Shown here: positions 18,652 through 28,043 of the stretch, one piece after another
Layout: every line of letters begins with the position of its first letter
How positions within the stretch are numbered: the stretch's first letter is position 1
Source: a virus
IMG/VR virus record: IMGVR_UViG_3300032163_000002
Location: 1 to 64,000 of that record
Reading direction: 5' to 3' (one strand)
Length of the DNA stretch: 64,000 bases
Program-made: the position numbers and the translations under genes
Notes under the pieces: model-generated
What the model was told of the DNA's origin: nothing
Seen by the model: only the letters and a program-made list of their open reading frames with translations
Database searches by the model: none

Positions 18652-19175
18652 ACGTTCTCTTCCTTATGAGATAGTTCATTTTCTTCTAAGGTAAGACAAA
18701 AGCAATTAACAATGCTGGCTAAAGTGAGAACGGAATATGTAATCATAGCCAAAGCTGCACCCCGCCAACCAGCTATGAACATTAAAAACGAAATAATTGC
18801 CAGTGTCATTACATCCAGTAGACAAACGATCTTCCGTGTAAGAAAATTCCCATGCCAAATCGTGCAAAATCCTGCGCTACCAACAAGAAAAAACCAGAAT
18901 CCCCAAGCCCATTCAGGAGCAAAGACAAGCAGATTTCTATGCGCAGGATTAACGCTCAAAATAGCTGGTGTACCGGGAATGATGAGCACCACACCCCATA
19001 GAAAAATAATGAGCGAAATAAAAAATATCCCAACTTCACTTCGCGCATAAAGAAGCGTTTTTATGAAACGCTCCAAATTTTGCCAGAAAAAGCGATTAAA
19101 GTACCGCACTTGATTTTTCTGCTTCAAAGACGAGACGAAAATAATTGACAATGGAAACAGCACAAAAAACAGCAT
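18648..19175 (-). CDS. Four-TM membrane protein (paralog of 19096..19550)
   Basis: LLYARSE..FLWG...NP...WG..F.LVGS.G...GN...RKIV shared with neighbour. Confidence 0.7.
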   Translation of the reverse strand: MLFFVLFPLSIIFVSSLKQKNQVRYFNRFFWQNLERFIKTLLYARSEVGIFFISLIIFLWGVVLIIPGTPAILSVNPAHRNLLVFAPEWAWGFWFFLVGSAGFCTIWHGNFLTRKIVCLLDVMTLAIISFLMFIAGWRGAALAMITYSVLTLASIVNCFCLTLEENELSHKEENV

Positions 19176-19550
19176 TCATAATTATCGTGAGCACAGCCCC
19201 CGGCCACAAAGCCATTACTCTTAAAAAAGTAATCATCGCCCATAACACAATACTCAACATGACGACGATTTTTCGCAAAGAAACATTTCCAGACCAGATA
19301 GCGTAAAGTCCTACACTTCCAACAAGCAAAAAACAGATACCCCAAACACGTTCCGAAGCAAATTGAAGAAAATATTTGTAGGAGGGGTTATACCACAAAA
19401 TTTGGGGAATAAAAGGAGAAGTGAGAATAACCCCCCACAAAAAAAGGTAATAGATGAAATGAATTCCCCAAATTCACTGCGCCCATAAAGTAGCGCTTTC
19501 ATGAAATGAAACGTCATAATTTTCAGCAAAACTGATCTTAGAAGAACCAC
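19096..19550 (-). pseudogene. Four-TM membrane protein split by a frameshift in a T7 tract
   Basis: 5' ORF (LLYGRSEFGEFISSITFF) and 3' ORF (LWGVIL...) join to match paralog only after -1 shift at 19439-19445. Confidence 0.7.
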
Positions 19551-19583
19551 GTATACCCTCCATACAGATAGTTCCCCAAAACG

Positions 19584-19603
19584 AAAAGCCGCCCGAAAGC
19601 GGC
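19584..19603 (-). terminator. Terminator after HNH gene
   Basis: GCCGC-tttcgg-GCGGC-TTTT. Confidence 0.65.
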
Positions 19604-19627
19604 ACTTAAGACCAGAATGAAAAAGGG

Positions 19628-20248
19628 TTAAACAGGTAGAGAAGAACCCTTCTTGCTATTGCAGAGCTGACAAGAAGGAATAATATTTCCTATGTCGTTC
19701 GACCCGCCCTTTGAAAGTGGAACGATATGATCTCTAGTCGCGGTCTTATCTGTTAAATGACGCCGACAATACGCACACCGGTATCCTGTAACCGCAAGAA
19801 GTTGCCACCACTCTTTTGCAGTGTGAAAACCAACCGCACCTTTAAGTCTAGCAATGCGATTTTGTTGGATCTGATTTACCTTATCGCGGTTATTCTTACG
19901 CCAAGCCACAATAACCTTTTTACGACGTTCTGGATCTGCTGCGTATGCCGCTTTAGCTGCCTGTTTCGTAATCTCTGCGTATTTTTTATTTGCATAGCGT
20001 TTCTTGTTCATCGCGCTAATCTTTTCTGGATGAGCAGCCCGATACTCGCGCATGCGCTGGTTGTATTCCTCCCGATGCTCCTCACGCCAACGCTGCATCG
20101 ACTCACGGTTGATTTCACGAGAACGCTCTCGATTATCCACACGCCAGCGCTGCATCGCTTCTTTGTTTTTGATCCGGAGCACATCCTGATTCTTCTCTCG
20201 CCACGCCTTATACGCAGCAGCTTTTTTCTTTGGGTCTTTGTAAGGCAT
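19628..20248 (-). CDS. HNH homing endonuclease
   Basis: CAYC...TRDHIVPLSKGGSNDIGNIIPSCQLCNSKK; basic N-terminal repeats; start re-called at MPYKDP. Confidence 0.9.
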   Translation of the reverse strand: MPYKDPKKKAAAYKAWREKNQDVLRIKNKEAMQRWRVDNRERSREINRESMQRWREEHREEYNQRMREYRAAHPEKISAMNKKRYANKKYAEITKQAAKAAYAADPERRKKVIVAWRKNNRDKVNQIQQNRIARLKGAVGFHTAKEWWQLLAVTGYRCAYCRRHLTDKTATRDHIVPLSKGGSNDIGNIIPSCQLCNSKKGSSLPV

Positions 20249-20266
20249 ACGTGGCCTCCTACTGGA

Positions 20267-20295
20267 AACATAGACCCGTGTGCCCTTCATGTCAA
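20267..20295 (-). promoter_or_regulatory. sigma70 promoter of HNH gene
   Basis: TTGACA-N17-TATGTT. Confidence 0.65.
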
Positions 20296-20330
20296 GTAAT
20301 GAGTCATAACGCCAAGAAGCCCGTAAAAGG

Positions 20331-20354
20331 AAAAGCCCCCCGAGTGGGGGGCTT
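20331..20354 (-). terminator. Terminator after major capsid gene
   Basis: AAGCCCCCC-actc-GGGGGGCTTTT. Confidence 0.85.
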
Positions 20355-20380
20355 CTCTTATGCTAAGTTGTTAGTGCTGC

Positions 20381-21829
20381 TTAGGTAAGGCGAATCTTAC
20401 CGTAAAACAATCCGTTGACGGGTTTTTTAGCGTAGTGGGTCAGAAGTCCCTTCCGCCCCATGAAGTCATCGAGGTAAATCGTCGGTGTAGCGTAGAAAGG
20501 AATCCACGGGGCATACACGTACCCCGCATCAAGGAAAGAGTCACCCTTGTACCCAACAATGGCAGTATCCATGTCAAGGTAGGGGTCCATGAAGACCTTG
20601 AACATATTCTGAATCGTTCCAATATACTGAACGCCCGAGCCCTGTATCGTACCAGCAGACTGGAACTGCGCACCTTCCTGCCCCATGATGATGTTGGCAA
20701 CAGTGATACCGCAGAGAATCCAGTTTGCCCGATGCCGACGAGTAGCATGGAAAATCTTGTTCGATGCTTCAATCAGTGAGTAAATGAAAGACTGACGATG
20801 AAGATAAAGCGCAACGTTCGAAGGCGCAGACTTGGTAAACGTTGTCTCCGGAATTACCTGTGACGTGTTATTCGCGTTTGCCATCATCAAAAGATCGTTG
20901 ATGATCTCACGATCAACCTCGATCCGCATTTCGTTCGCCATATCCGTGACGATCTCAGTCTCAGCTTCCATGCCACGAACAGACTTCAACTGAGCCGCTG
21001 CTTCAATGCTCCACCGAGCGCGCAGCTTACGAGGCCGCGAAATAACCGGGATGCTCGTAAGCATGATATCGACCTGCGGAACAAGATCGCCAGCGCCTTC
21101 CGAGTTGTAATCGTACGTTCCCGTAATCGGCTGTGCATCCGGTCCCTTACCCGTAGCAAAAGTGAGAAGGATATAACCAGTCGAATAATTGACGCTGTTA
21201 CCAGAACTTTCGAGTTCACCAGCCGCACCAATGACTCCACCGACACCATCGTCCGTAAGTGTTTTGACAGCATGATCGGATGCCGTGTAAGAAATCACAA
21301 GAGAACCGGGACGGATAATAGTAAAAGCTGCCTTCGTACCGGGAGTTGTACCGAGAGGTGTAAGAGCAGCAGAACCCGCGCCAACACCAAGCGTCTCACC
21401 CTGCACGATCTCAGACGAATAATTGAAACCAGAAGCATCGTTCCAGCCCGTCCGAGCAGAGAAGAGTGAATCGCCCGCCTTCACTGCGCCCTTACTCGTG
21501 CCAAAGCGCGAGTCACGGAAGAAAATCAGGCTGGTAGGAGACTGCATCGGTTGGACCGATACAAGCTCCGTGCTAACAAGGTTCGGGTAAACGCCTTTAA
21601 TCATCGGGAAAATGAATTTCTCAAATGACCCGATATTAGCAACGCGCGTTTCCTCGTCAAGTCCCTCAAGCCATTTTCGCTGATTTTCCATGAGGAACGC
21701 TACGAGGGGTTTCTTATCTTCCGGAAGGCCCGCGACGAATTTCCTCCACGGACCTCGTGCAAGAGCCGCCGCCGTCTGATTCTGGCTTGAAAGAGCCAGA
21801 GCCGCTTCGTTGAGTTCAGCCATTGTCAT
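20381..21829 (-). CDS. Major capsid protein (T4 gp23 family)
   Basis: VSVQPMQSPTSLIFF, RKLRARWSIEAAAQL, EVDREII, GYKG...DAGYVYAPWIP. Confidence 0.95.
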   Translation of the reverse strand: MTMAELNEAALALSSQNQTAAALARGPWRKFVAGLPEDKKPLVAFLMENQRKWLEGLDEETRVANIGSFEKFIFPMIKGVYPNLVSTELVSVQPMQSPTSLIFFRDSRFGTSKGAVKAGDSLFSARTGWNDASGFNYSSEIVQGETLGVGAGSAALTPLGTTPGTKAAFTIIRPGSLVISYTASDHAVKTLTDDGVGGVIGAAGELESSGNSVNYSTGYILLTFATGKGPDAQPITGTYDYNSEGAGDLVPQVDIMLTSIPVISRPRKLRARWSIEAAAQLKSVRGMEAETEIVTDMANEMRIEVDREIINDLLMMANANNTSQVIPETTFTKSAPSNVALYLHRQSFIYSLIEASNKIFHATRRHRANWILCGITVANIIMGQEGAQFQSAGTIQGSGVQYIGTIQNMFKVFMDPYLDMDTAIVGYKGDSFLDAGYVYAPWIPFYATPTIYLDDFMGRKGLLTHYAKKPVNGLFYGKIRLT

Positions 21830-21863
21830 TCACTCCTTTTCTCTGGAATTTTTTTCAAGCCAA

Positions 21864-23864
21864 TTACTTAGCCGAAGGGACATTAAGAATAGATTTAGGC
21901 GCCATGCGCTTGTAAACCGCTTCAGAAAGTGCAAGCTGATGATCCAAGATTGTTTCGCCACTCTTCTTAGCCGGACCGCGTGAGCCAAAATCGCTATCTT
22001 CGGTGAGCGAACGAAGCGCACCGGGGGAAGCTACACGAACACCCGGAAGGGCACCATTGGCAAAATCAACCGCAGAAGATGCTGATCTATCCGCAGCTTC
22101 AGTAACAGCCCGCTTGGAGACAGCCACTTTATATTTCCGAATAAGAGACTCGATGACAGACGGAATAAGCCCCGACGGAATCCGCTGACCACGAATCTTG
22201 AAGGACACAACGCCACGCCGAATATTCCGAACCGCAGATTCGTACCGTTTGACAACTTTCGTCATGGTGGCGAGAGCATGCCCGGCAACGGCCTCCGTGA
22301 CTTTGCGCTGGTAACGGAGTTTCTTATTCTCAGCTACGAGCCTCCGAAGCATCTTGGCGAGCTTTGCCTCAAGCGGAGGAAGATCCTTCTCATCTTCAGG
22401 CTCTTCGTCAGCGTCAGCAAGATCCTCGGGCGGATCAGGAACCTCAAATTCTCCACCCTCTTCACGGAAAATAGATTCAAACGAAGGTGTGCCACCACCC
22501 GGTGATTTCATGAAATCCTTTTCCTCTTCTCCATCTTCAGGCTTCGGAATTTCAGATTCCGGAGGAGCGGCTTCGAGCGTCTCATCCTCATCCTCGTCGT
22601 CATTCTCACCACCTTTCTTGAAAGGAGGAGCCTTCTTCCCGCCAAAATCAGCGTCTTCCTTGAATCCCCGCAGGTAGCTCCGCGTGCTCCGAAGAAGGCG
22701 TGACTCACACTTCTTCACGGAATCTTTGACGGTCTTTTCCTTCGTTGCCTCGGGGTCGTCGTCAGCGTTAACCTCGGCATCCATCTCCCGAAGCAGCTTT
22801 TCGAGGCGCTTCGAGGAAGCTGCTCCGGCTTCCTGCATTTCCGCCATAGTCGTCTCCTCCTTTTTAGTTACTTTTTCGAGAGCGCCCGCCCCTTTTACGA
22901 CGGGGGGAACTTCATCCTTGGGAAGCTGTGTATTATCTTTGAATCCGGAAGCGCCAAGTTTCTTCAAAAGCTCAGGTGGCATATTGTTCGATGCACCTTC
23001 ACCAGTCTCAATAATAGAAGTGAAAAAGAGCTTTTTCATAGCCTGAAGCTCAGGAAGCAAACCAAAAACAAGAGGCTTCACATCCGGAGCTTCCTCTGCC
23101 AAAACATTTAGTCTGTAAATAAGATCCGTCACGGCATTTTCCGTGATAGACCGAACTTCCGAAGTTGCCTTCCGCACGTCAACACGCAGCATATCCTGTG
23201 CAGAGCGTTCCAGAAGTCTGTAAGTATCGAGGGAATTCGCCATGTATTTCTCCTCCTTTTTTCCATTTGCATGCTCTTGCACAGGAGTCGGGTAAGCGCC
23301 ATGTGTCGAAGGATTGTGGACAAAATCGAAAGCTTCAAGCACGAAATCATCTTGTACGATATCGCGCCCACCTTCTTTAAGCACTTCGCCAGAACCCCGT
23401 GAGGAAGCTCCAACCTTAGTTCGAGCACGGAAAAGAGCTTCCGCTTCCCTACCATAAATCGTTGGCAAAATTTCAAATTCGGCCCATATTTCACCTGCCT
23501 CGTTCATGTTTAATGCAGTGACAATATGAGACGTACGCGAAAGCCGGGTTTGTCCATCGTCCGGATGATCCAATTCCCCATAAAATCCACGCTCTGTAAT
23601 CTTGGTCTGAGCGGGAGAGTCAGGGCGGATCTGTTTTTCCCATACCTTACGAGGATATATTCGGTTATTCTCGTTAACAGTATCTGAACGCTGAACAAGA
23701 CCCCGAACACGAAGCGGCTTGCCTTCTAACCCTGTACCTTCTACGATTTCGTATTTAAAATTCTCGATGACTTCGCAGAGAGGCTTCTTCTTTCCGCGAG
23801 TACTCCATGCCCCCATGAACGGGGGTGGCTTGATAGACGGCGAAGTAAGAAGATCCATAGGCAT
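21864..23864 (-). CDS. Prohead protease (gp21 family) fused to acidic scaffold-like region
   Basis: NENNRIYP, GELDHP, GASSRGSG, FDFVHNPSTHGA; then about 460 aa of E/K-rich helical tail. Confidence 0.9.
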   Translation of the reverse strand: MPMDLLTSPSIKPPPFMGAWSTRGKKKPLCEVIENFKYEIVEGTGLEGKPLRVRGLVQRSDTVNENNRIYPRKVWEKQIRPDSPAQTKITERGFYGELDHPDDGQTRLSRTSHIVTALNMNEAGEIWAEFEILPTIYGREAEALFRARTKVGASSRGSGEVLKEGGRDIVQDDFVLEAFDFVHNPSTHGAYPTPVQEHANGKKEEKYMANSLDTYRLLERSAQDMLRVDVRKATSEVRSITENAVTDLIYRLNVLAEEAPDVKPLVFGLLPELQAMKKLFFTSIIETGEGASNNMPPELLKKLGASGFKDNTQLPKDEVPPVVKGAGALEKVTKKEETTMAEMQEAGAASSKRLEKLLREMDAEVNADDDPEATKEKTVKDSVKKCESRLLRSTRSYLRGFKEDADFGGKKAPPFKKGGENDDEDEDETLEAAPPESEIPKPEDGEEEKDFMKSPGGGTPSFESIFREEGGEFEVPDPPEDLADADEEPEDEKDLPPLEAKLAKMLRRLVAENKKLRYQRKVTEAVAGHALATMTKVVKRYESAVRNIRRGVVSFKIRGQRIPSGLIPSVIESLIRKYKVAVSKRAVTEAADRSASSAVDFANGALPGVRVASPGALRSLTEDSDFGSRGPAKKSGETILDHQLALSEAVYKRMAPKSILNVPSAK

Positions 23865-24343
23865 TACCTGCTGCCAAGCGCTTCTTTAAGTAGTGACATA
23901 TCAGGAAGAGGCATCTCCCCATAAATAATTCGATCTACGTCATTAGGATGCGCAGGCCAACACTTTCCAGTTCGTGTGCTGAACAAAATATTCTTGAAAT
24001 TATAGACGTAGTTCAAAAATCTTTGCAGATCCAATTCATTGTCAAATCCGAACTTCTGGATCATCGGGGAGTGAAGAAGAGGCAACCCTCGCCATTTCAT
24101 GTCATTTCCCGGCATGGCGGAACGAACATTAAGAAGAGTGGCATCCTCATCCTCAAAAAAAACAAGAAGAAGGCCCCCAAGATCATCTGGCGTAAACCCC
24201 GGAGGCGGGGGGTCAACGGTCAGAGGGATGTCATACTGCGCGGCATTTTCAGCAATCGCCCGCTCAGAGCGATCACGCCAGAATTTTCCAGACCCGGAAA
24301 TCCGGTTCTGGAGCATGCCGAAGAGATGAGCAAAAGCCCCCAT
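23864..24343 (-). CDS. Hypothetical head-module protein
   Basis: Coupled to protease start. Confidence 0.6.
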   Translation of the reverse strand: MGAFAHLFGMLQNRISGSGKFWRDRSERAIAENAAQYDIPLTVDPPPPGFTPDDLGGLLLVFFEDEDATLLNVRSAMPGNDMKWRGLPLLHSPMIQKFGFDNELDLQRFLNYVYNFKNILFSTRTGKCWPAHPNDVDRIIYGEMPLPDMSLLKEALGSR

Positions 24344-24362
24344 GTCACTACTCTTTCGAAAC

Positions 24363-24704
24363 TTAGCCGTGAACGAGCGCTTTCAGATTTGCCAAAACTG
24401 TTTTTGCCCCTGCAAGTGCCGCATCTACGTCAGTCTTATAAGCAGCGCGGTTCGCTTCCAACCAATCTTCTGCCAGTATGTACGTACTCGCCGTAGCCCC
24501 GTCGCCATTGACAGAGTCAATCGCGGCAAGAATCATCTGCGTGAGCATGTAAGCCTGTTGAAGATTTCGAGCGACAGGTCCCGGTGAGTCGAGAGTGTCA
24601 AGGTTTCGAGTAAGAACCTGAATGTCGATTGCGGGCTGAGCCATCTTGAAGTCCTCCTTCTTTAGTCCTGTTAAAGTCTCGACTACCTCGCGGTAGTCCT
24701 TCAT
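24363..24704 (-). CDS. Small helical head-module protein
   Basis: MKDYREVVETL; late-motif variant just upstream. Confidence 0.6.
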   Translation of the reverse strand: MKDYREVVETLTGLKKEDFKMAQPAIDIQVLTRNLDTLDSPGPVARNLQQAYMLTQMILAAIDSVNGDGATASTYILAEDWLEANRAAYKTDVDAALAGAKTVLANLKALVHG

Positions 24705-24820
24705 GAAGGTAGTTACCCCTTACTTTCAAAATTTTTCGTATAACCTCAACATTCAGGTAATTTTTACCCTCTTCAGAAGAACAACTTCCTTAAAAAAGAG
24801 AATTGTTATAACTGTAAGAT

Positions 24821-25057
24821 TCAAAGTTGAACGTTTGACGGAACAGGAATGACCCCACTATGCTCGCCAGATGCCCTCATGAACACCACGTAACGACCAG
24901 CAGAGCCCCCTTTTGCGACAACCAAGTAATCCCACACAGCTCCAGCTATTTTCTTACGTAAATCTTCTACCCGAGAAATCGTCAATCCACCGGGAAGCAT
25001 GTCCCCTGCCCTCGGAAGAGTCAACAGACGTTCAACAATAACCTCAGCCGCGTTCAT
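24821..25057 (-). CDS. Small protein with tag-like N-terminus
   Basis: Start re-called at MNAAEVIVERLL. Confidence 0.55.
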   Translation of the reverse strand: MNAAEVIVERLLTLPRAGDMLPGGLTISRVEDLRKKIAGAVWDYLVVAKGGSAGRYVVFMRASGEHSGVIPVPSNVQL

Positions 25058-25464
25058 TACTTTCCTAACCAGTACCCCGAAAGCGCACCAAGCGTTCCGT
25101 AACTCCACTTTAGAGTTTCTTCCGGATACCGCTTGGACAAAATCACCCATAGAGAAGCGAGAAGCATGACTCCAGAAAATACCAAAACTGGTGTATGCTT
25201 CGAGTCATCCACAAAAGTACTGGAAACAGGTGCAGGAATAGGAGTTGGAGCAACCGAATATCTGATGCCACCTTTTGCTTCAGGTTTTATTTTCTCAAGA
25301 TTGATTGCTGCTGAAAATGGAGGCAGCAACGTAGGTGCTACATGATAACTATATTTTTCAAACAGCGCTGTACTAACACGAGGCTTTCGAAGCAAAACTT
25401 TTTCAGTAAACAACCCCAAGAGTGTCACCATAAAAAATATGAGCGCCAAATAACTTTTCTTCAT
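25057..25464 (-). CDS. Membrane protein
   Basis: N-terminal TM plus C-terminal TM pair ending WSYGTLGALSGYWL. Confidence 0.6.
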   Translation of the reverse strand: MKKSYLALIFFMVTLLGLFTEKVLLRKPRVSTALFEKYSYHVAPTLLPPFSAAINLEKIKPEAKGGIRYSVAPTPIPAPVSSTFVDDSKHTPVLVFSGVMLLASLWVILSKRYPEETLKWSYGTLGALSGYWLGK

Positions 25465-26351
25465 ACTGACGCCACTGCAAATGCACTCCAGTTGATCGAG
25501 CCATCATTCGGAAGTTTTCCTTTACGAGAATATCCAACCGTTTCACATTCAAGTGTAATATAAAGACCTCCTGCGCAAGAAATCTCAAAATGTCCATCTG
25601 CATCCGTAATCGCCGCAACAAAAGCTCTCGAAAATCCAACAGACTGCTTCATTTGAGGTGTATCCTTCAAACGCATTTTGACTTCGACACCCTGCGCAGC
25701 AACACCATTCGGATACAACACCCATCCATAAATTGTCACTTGTAAAATCGTGGGTACAACCGGCACAACAGCATCAGTTCCAGAAAAATTAAATGTCACT
25801 GCCGGACCACTGACAACAGTGAAAGTAGCAGGAAGATTAGGAAATATTGCAAACGCTTTGAAGAAATACGCCTGATAATTACCAACCGGAAGCGACATGA
25901 CAACTCTTCCAGAAACATTCGTGAGAAGCCCCGGAATGACAGCCTGCCCGGTAGAAGGATTCCAAATTGAAACCGTAACTCCTGAAATCGGAAGCGCGGA
26001 TAAAGCATCATAAAGACGAAGCGTAACAGGAATATTTCCAAGCACCGGAGCTAACGTTGCTTCAAGCGCTTTCACATCCGTCAAATCCGGCCATTCCTGA
26101 CGAAGATATACCACTGACGGATCAGAAGCACTCAGCACAACAAGCTCAACCGGCAGGTTATTAGGAGGATTCAAAAGCCCGGTAAGCCTGTACCACCCCA
26201 CCCCCAACTGCGTGCTCAAAGATTCAAGCGCGAGACTCGGGGAAGAAATTGGAGTAATCGGTGCAACGTCACGAGCATTGTAGAGGAGTGTAAAATCAGA
26301 AAGTTGAAGTCCAGCAGATCCTGCGTAAAAAGCTTGACTGCAAACCGACAT
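25461..26351 (-). CDS. Virion structural protein with carboxypeptidase-regulatory-like beta-sandwich domains
   Basis: PISGVTVSI...TNVSG...LPVGNY; TDADGHF motifs; late motif upstream. Confidence 0.6.
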   Translation of the reverse strand: MSVCSQAFYAGSAGLQLSDFTLLYNARDVAPITPISSPSLALESLSTQLGVGWYRLTGLLNPPNNLPVELVVLSASDPSVVYLRQEWPDLTDVKALEATLAPVLGNIPVTLRLYDALSALPISGVTVSIWNPSTGQAVIPGLLTNVSGRVVMSLPVGNYQAYFFKAFAIFPNLPATFTVVSGPAVTFNFSGTDAVVPVVPTILQVTIYGWVLYPNGVAAQGVEVKMRLKDTPQMKQSVGFSRAFVAAITDADGHFEISCAGGLYITLECETVGYSRKGKLPNDGSINWSAFAVASV

Positions 26352-26384
26352 GTCTGCACCTCACAAGATAGTCCTCTTCAAAAG

Positions 26385-26407
26385 AAAAAATCCTCTTGCG
26401 AGGATTT
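26385..26407 (-). terminator. Terminator separating early block from late block
   Basis: AAATCCTC-gcaa-GAGGATTTTTT. Confidence 0.7.
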
Positions 26408-26436
26408 CTCCAGTTTCTTTTTTACTTGATTGTGCT

Positions 26437-26658
26437 TTAACTCGTCCCGCGCATGGACTCTGCCAATTTTTCAGCTTCTTCCCTACTTAGATTCCCTTGA
26501 ACCATTGTAGGATAAGTCATTTCATGAAAATATTTCTCTATGTAAAAATTGGTTCCGTCTCTAAAAACACCCCATACATAAAAAGCAAGCGTTTCAGGCA
26601 ATGCAGGTGCGCTCGGTTTTCCATAACCAGAAGGATCTTTCTCGACTGGAAGTCTCAT
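26437..26658 (-). CDS. Small protein, untagged paralog of N-domain of 8856..9278
   Basis: YVWGVF...FY...GNLSREEAEKLAESM. Confidence 0.7.
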   Translation of the reverse strand: MRLPVEKDPSGYGKPSAPALPETLAFYVWGVFRDGTNFYIEKYFHEMTYPTMVQGNLSREEAEKLAESMRGTS

Positions 26659-27257
26659 GCTGGAGCCTTACCGGTTTCTCGGTTTTTCGTCCAATCCCTT
26701 TTTTTAACCACAGCCCACGTCTCACAAAGTACCGCAAGCATATCCATGTCATTCTCGACGCAGAAAGCCTCCAGCGTGGCAAGAAATGCACGCAAGGCAT
26801 GAACCAGCATGGCCCTATCACCCGGCTGTGCCGTATCACGGCCTCCAGAAGCAAAATACCCCGCAATCTGCCCGAGGTAGAAAACCATTCTCAGGAGCGG
26901 ACGCCGACCAACGAAAACAGGCTCCACATGCAAGCCCGGCCAAAGGTCGCTCATCCGAAGTTTCTGAAGCGAGCATACGTTCATCATGTAAATCAGTATG
27001 TCCCCGATGGCGTCCGGAATCTTTTCTCCGTGATGTTCATTCACACGAATTCCTTGAGACAACTTTAACAGTGCATGGAAAAGTTCTCCTGTCTCCTCGA
27101 CCATGCCATAGAAGGGGTGCTGCTCGTTCTGTTCCCCGAAATTATGAGAAACCCATGAAGCATGAGCGTTCTGAATCTCGTGAAGCTTCCGGTGCAAAAA
27201 CTCCTTCCGCGCCGTCTCCTCAGCAGACTGCGCCCGCGCGAGTACGTCAATGCTCAT
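26655..27257 (-). CDS. MazG-like NTP pyrophosphohydrolase
   Basis: GMVEETGEL...DAIGDILIY acidic motif; second degenerate helical half ending WAVVKKRDW. Confidence 0.75.
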   Translation of the reverse strand: MSIDVLARAQSAEETARKEFLHRKLHEIQNAHASWVSHNFGEQNEQHPFYGMVEETGELFHALLKLSQGIRVNEHHGEKIPDAIGDILIYMMNVCSLQKLRMSDLWPGLHVEPVFVGRRPLLRMVFYLGQIAGYFASGGRDTAQPGDRAMLVHALRAFLATLEAFCVENDMDMLAVLCETWAVVKKRDWTKNRETGKAPA

Positions 27258-27775
27258 CGCTCGTCTCCTATTTTGTGACCTATCCTATTTTTATCATAGG
27301 CCCGCTGCCAAACTCTAATTTTTTCCGTATTCTTCTTTCTCCATATCTTCACGTTCTCTACCTTACACCGTCTACATTGACGATGATTATAAAAAAATAG
27401 ATCCAAGAGATGACCTTTAGAGCAGTGGGTTTGTCGTGCCTGTATAGCAGAAAGATCATTACCACGAAGAATATTTTCACGACATGTCACAGGCTCAAGA
27501 TGCGCTGGATTTACACATGCTCTTAAACAAGGTGCATGACGAAAACCGGGATTCAAACGAAAATGATCTAAGGTGAACCCCTCTGGAATTAGACCAATCA
27601 GTAATTCATACGCCACCCGATGTGCTCGCAACAGCTTACCCCCGCGCTTTCCAGACTGAATTTGACCATACCCTTTGCTGTCTTTCGATGCGAGCCACAT
27701 CCAGCAATCATCCGAACTTCGACGATCTACCTTCAGCCAAAACCGTTCAGTCAATGGAACGCGGTTTTTTGGCAT
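27254..27775 (-). CDS. HNH endonuclease
   Basis: CWMW...GYG...AHRVAY...DH...CVNPAHLEPVT.REN; THC.KGH. Confidence 0.9.
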   Translation of the reverse strand: MPKNRVPLTERFWLKVDRRSSDDCWMWLASKDSKGYGQIQSGKRGGKLLRAHRVAYELLIGLIPEGFTLDHFRLNPGFRHAPCLRACVNPAHLEPVTCRENILRGNDLSAIQARQTHCSKGHLLDLFFYNHRQCRRCKVENVKIWRKKNTEKIRVWQRAYDKNRIGHKIGDER

Positions 27776-28001
27776 CTTCCTGCTTCTTTCGAAATTCTGG
27801 TGTTCTCGGATCTGGCAGTTCAGGATACGCTTTCATGCATGCCTGCCGAATCAAATCAGCCTCAGAAATTCCCTTACCCTGTTCAATAAGAGCATTCCAC
27901 ACAGGAATCCACGCCCTAGGCATAAGATGCATTGCCCTGTACCCATTCACGATTTCTCGTGGTCGGCCACTCTCTGAAACGTGTTTTCTAGATTTGATCA
28001 T
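27747..28001 (-). CDS. Ribbon-helix-helix-like DNA-binding protein
   Basis: Short; beta strand, helix, GISEADLIRQA. Confidence 0.45.
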   Translation of the reverse strand: MIKSRKHVSESGRPREIVNGYRAMHLMPRAWIPVWNALIEQGKGISEADLIRQACMKAYPELPDPRTPEFRKKQEDAKKPRSID

Positions 28002-28043
28002 GATTCACGCCCAGCTTCAGCGTAGATTACTGCCATAAGAAAG

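Noticed and set aside
6083-23864. Contractile injection system or tailocin rather than phage
   Set aside because: A gp23 capsid, gp21 protease and neck genes show a complete head module
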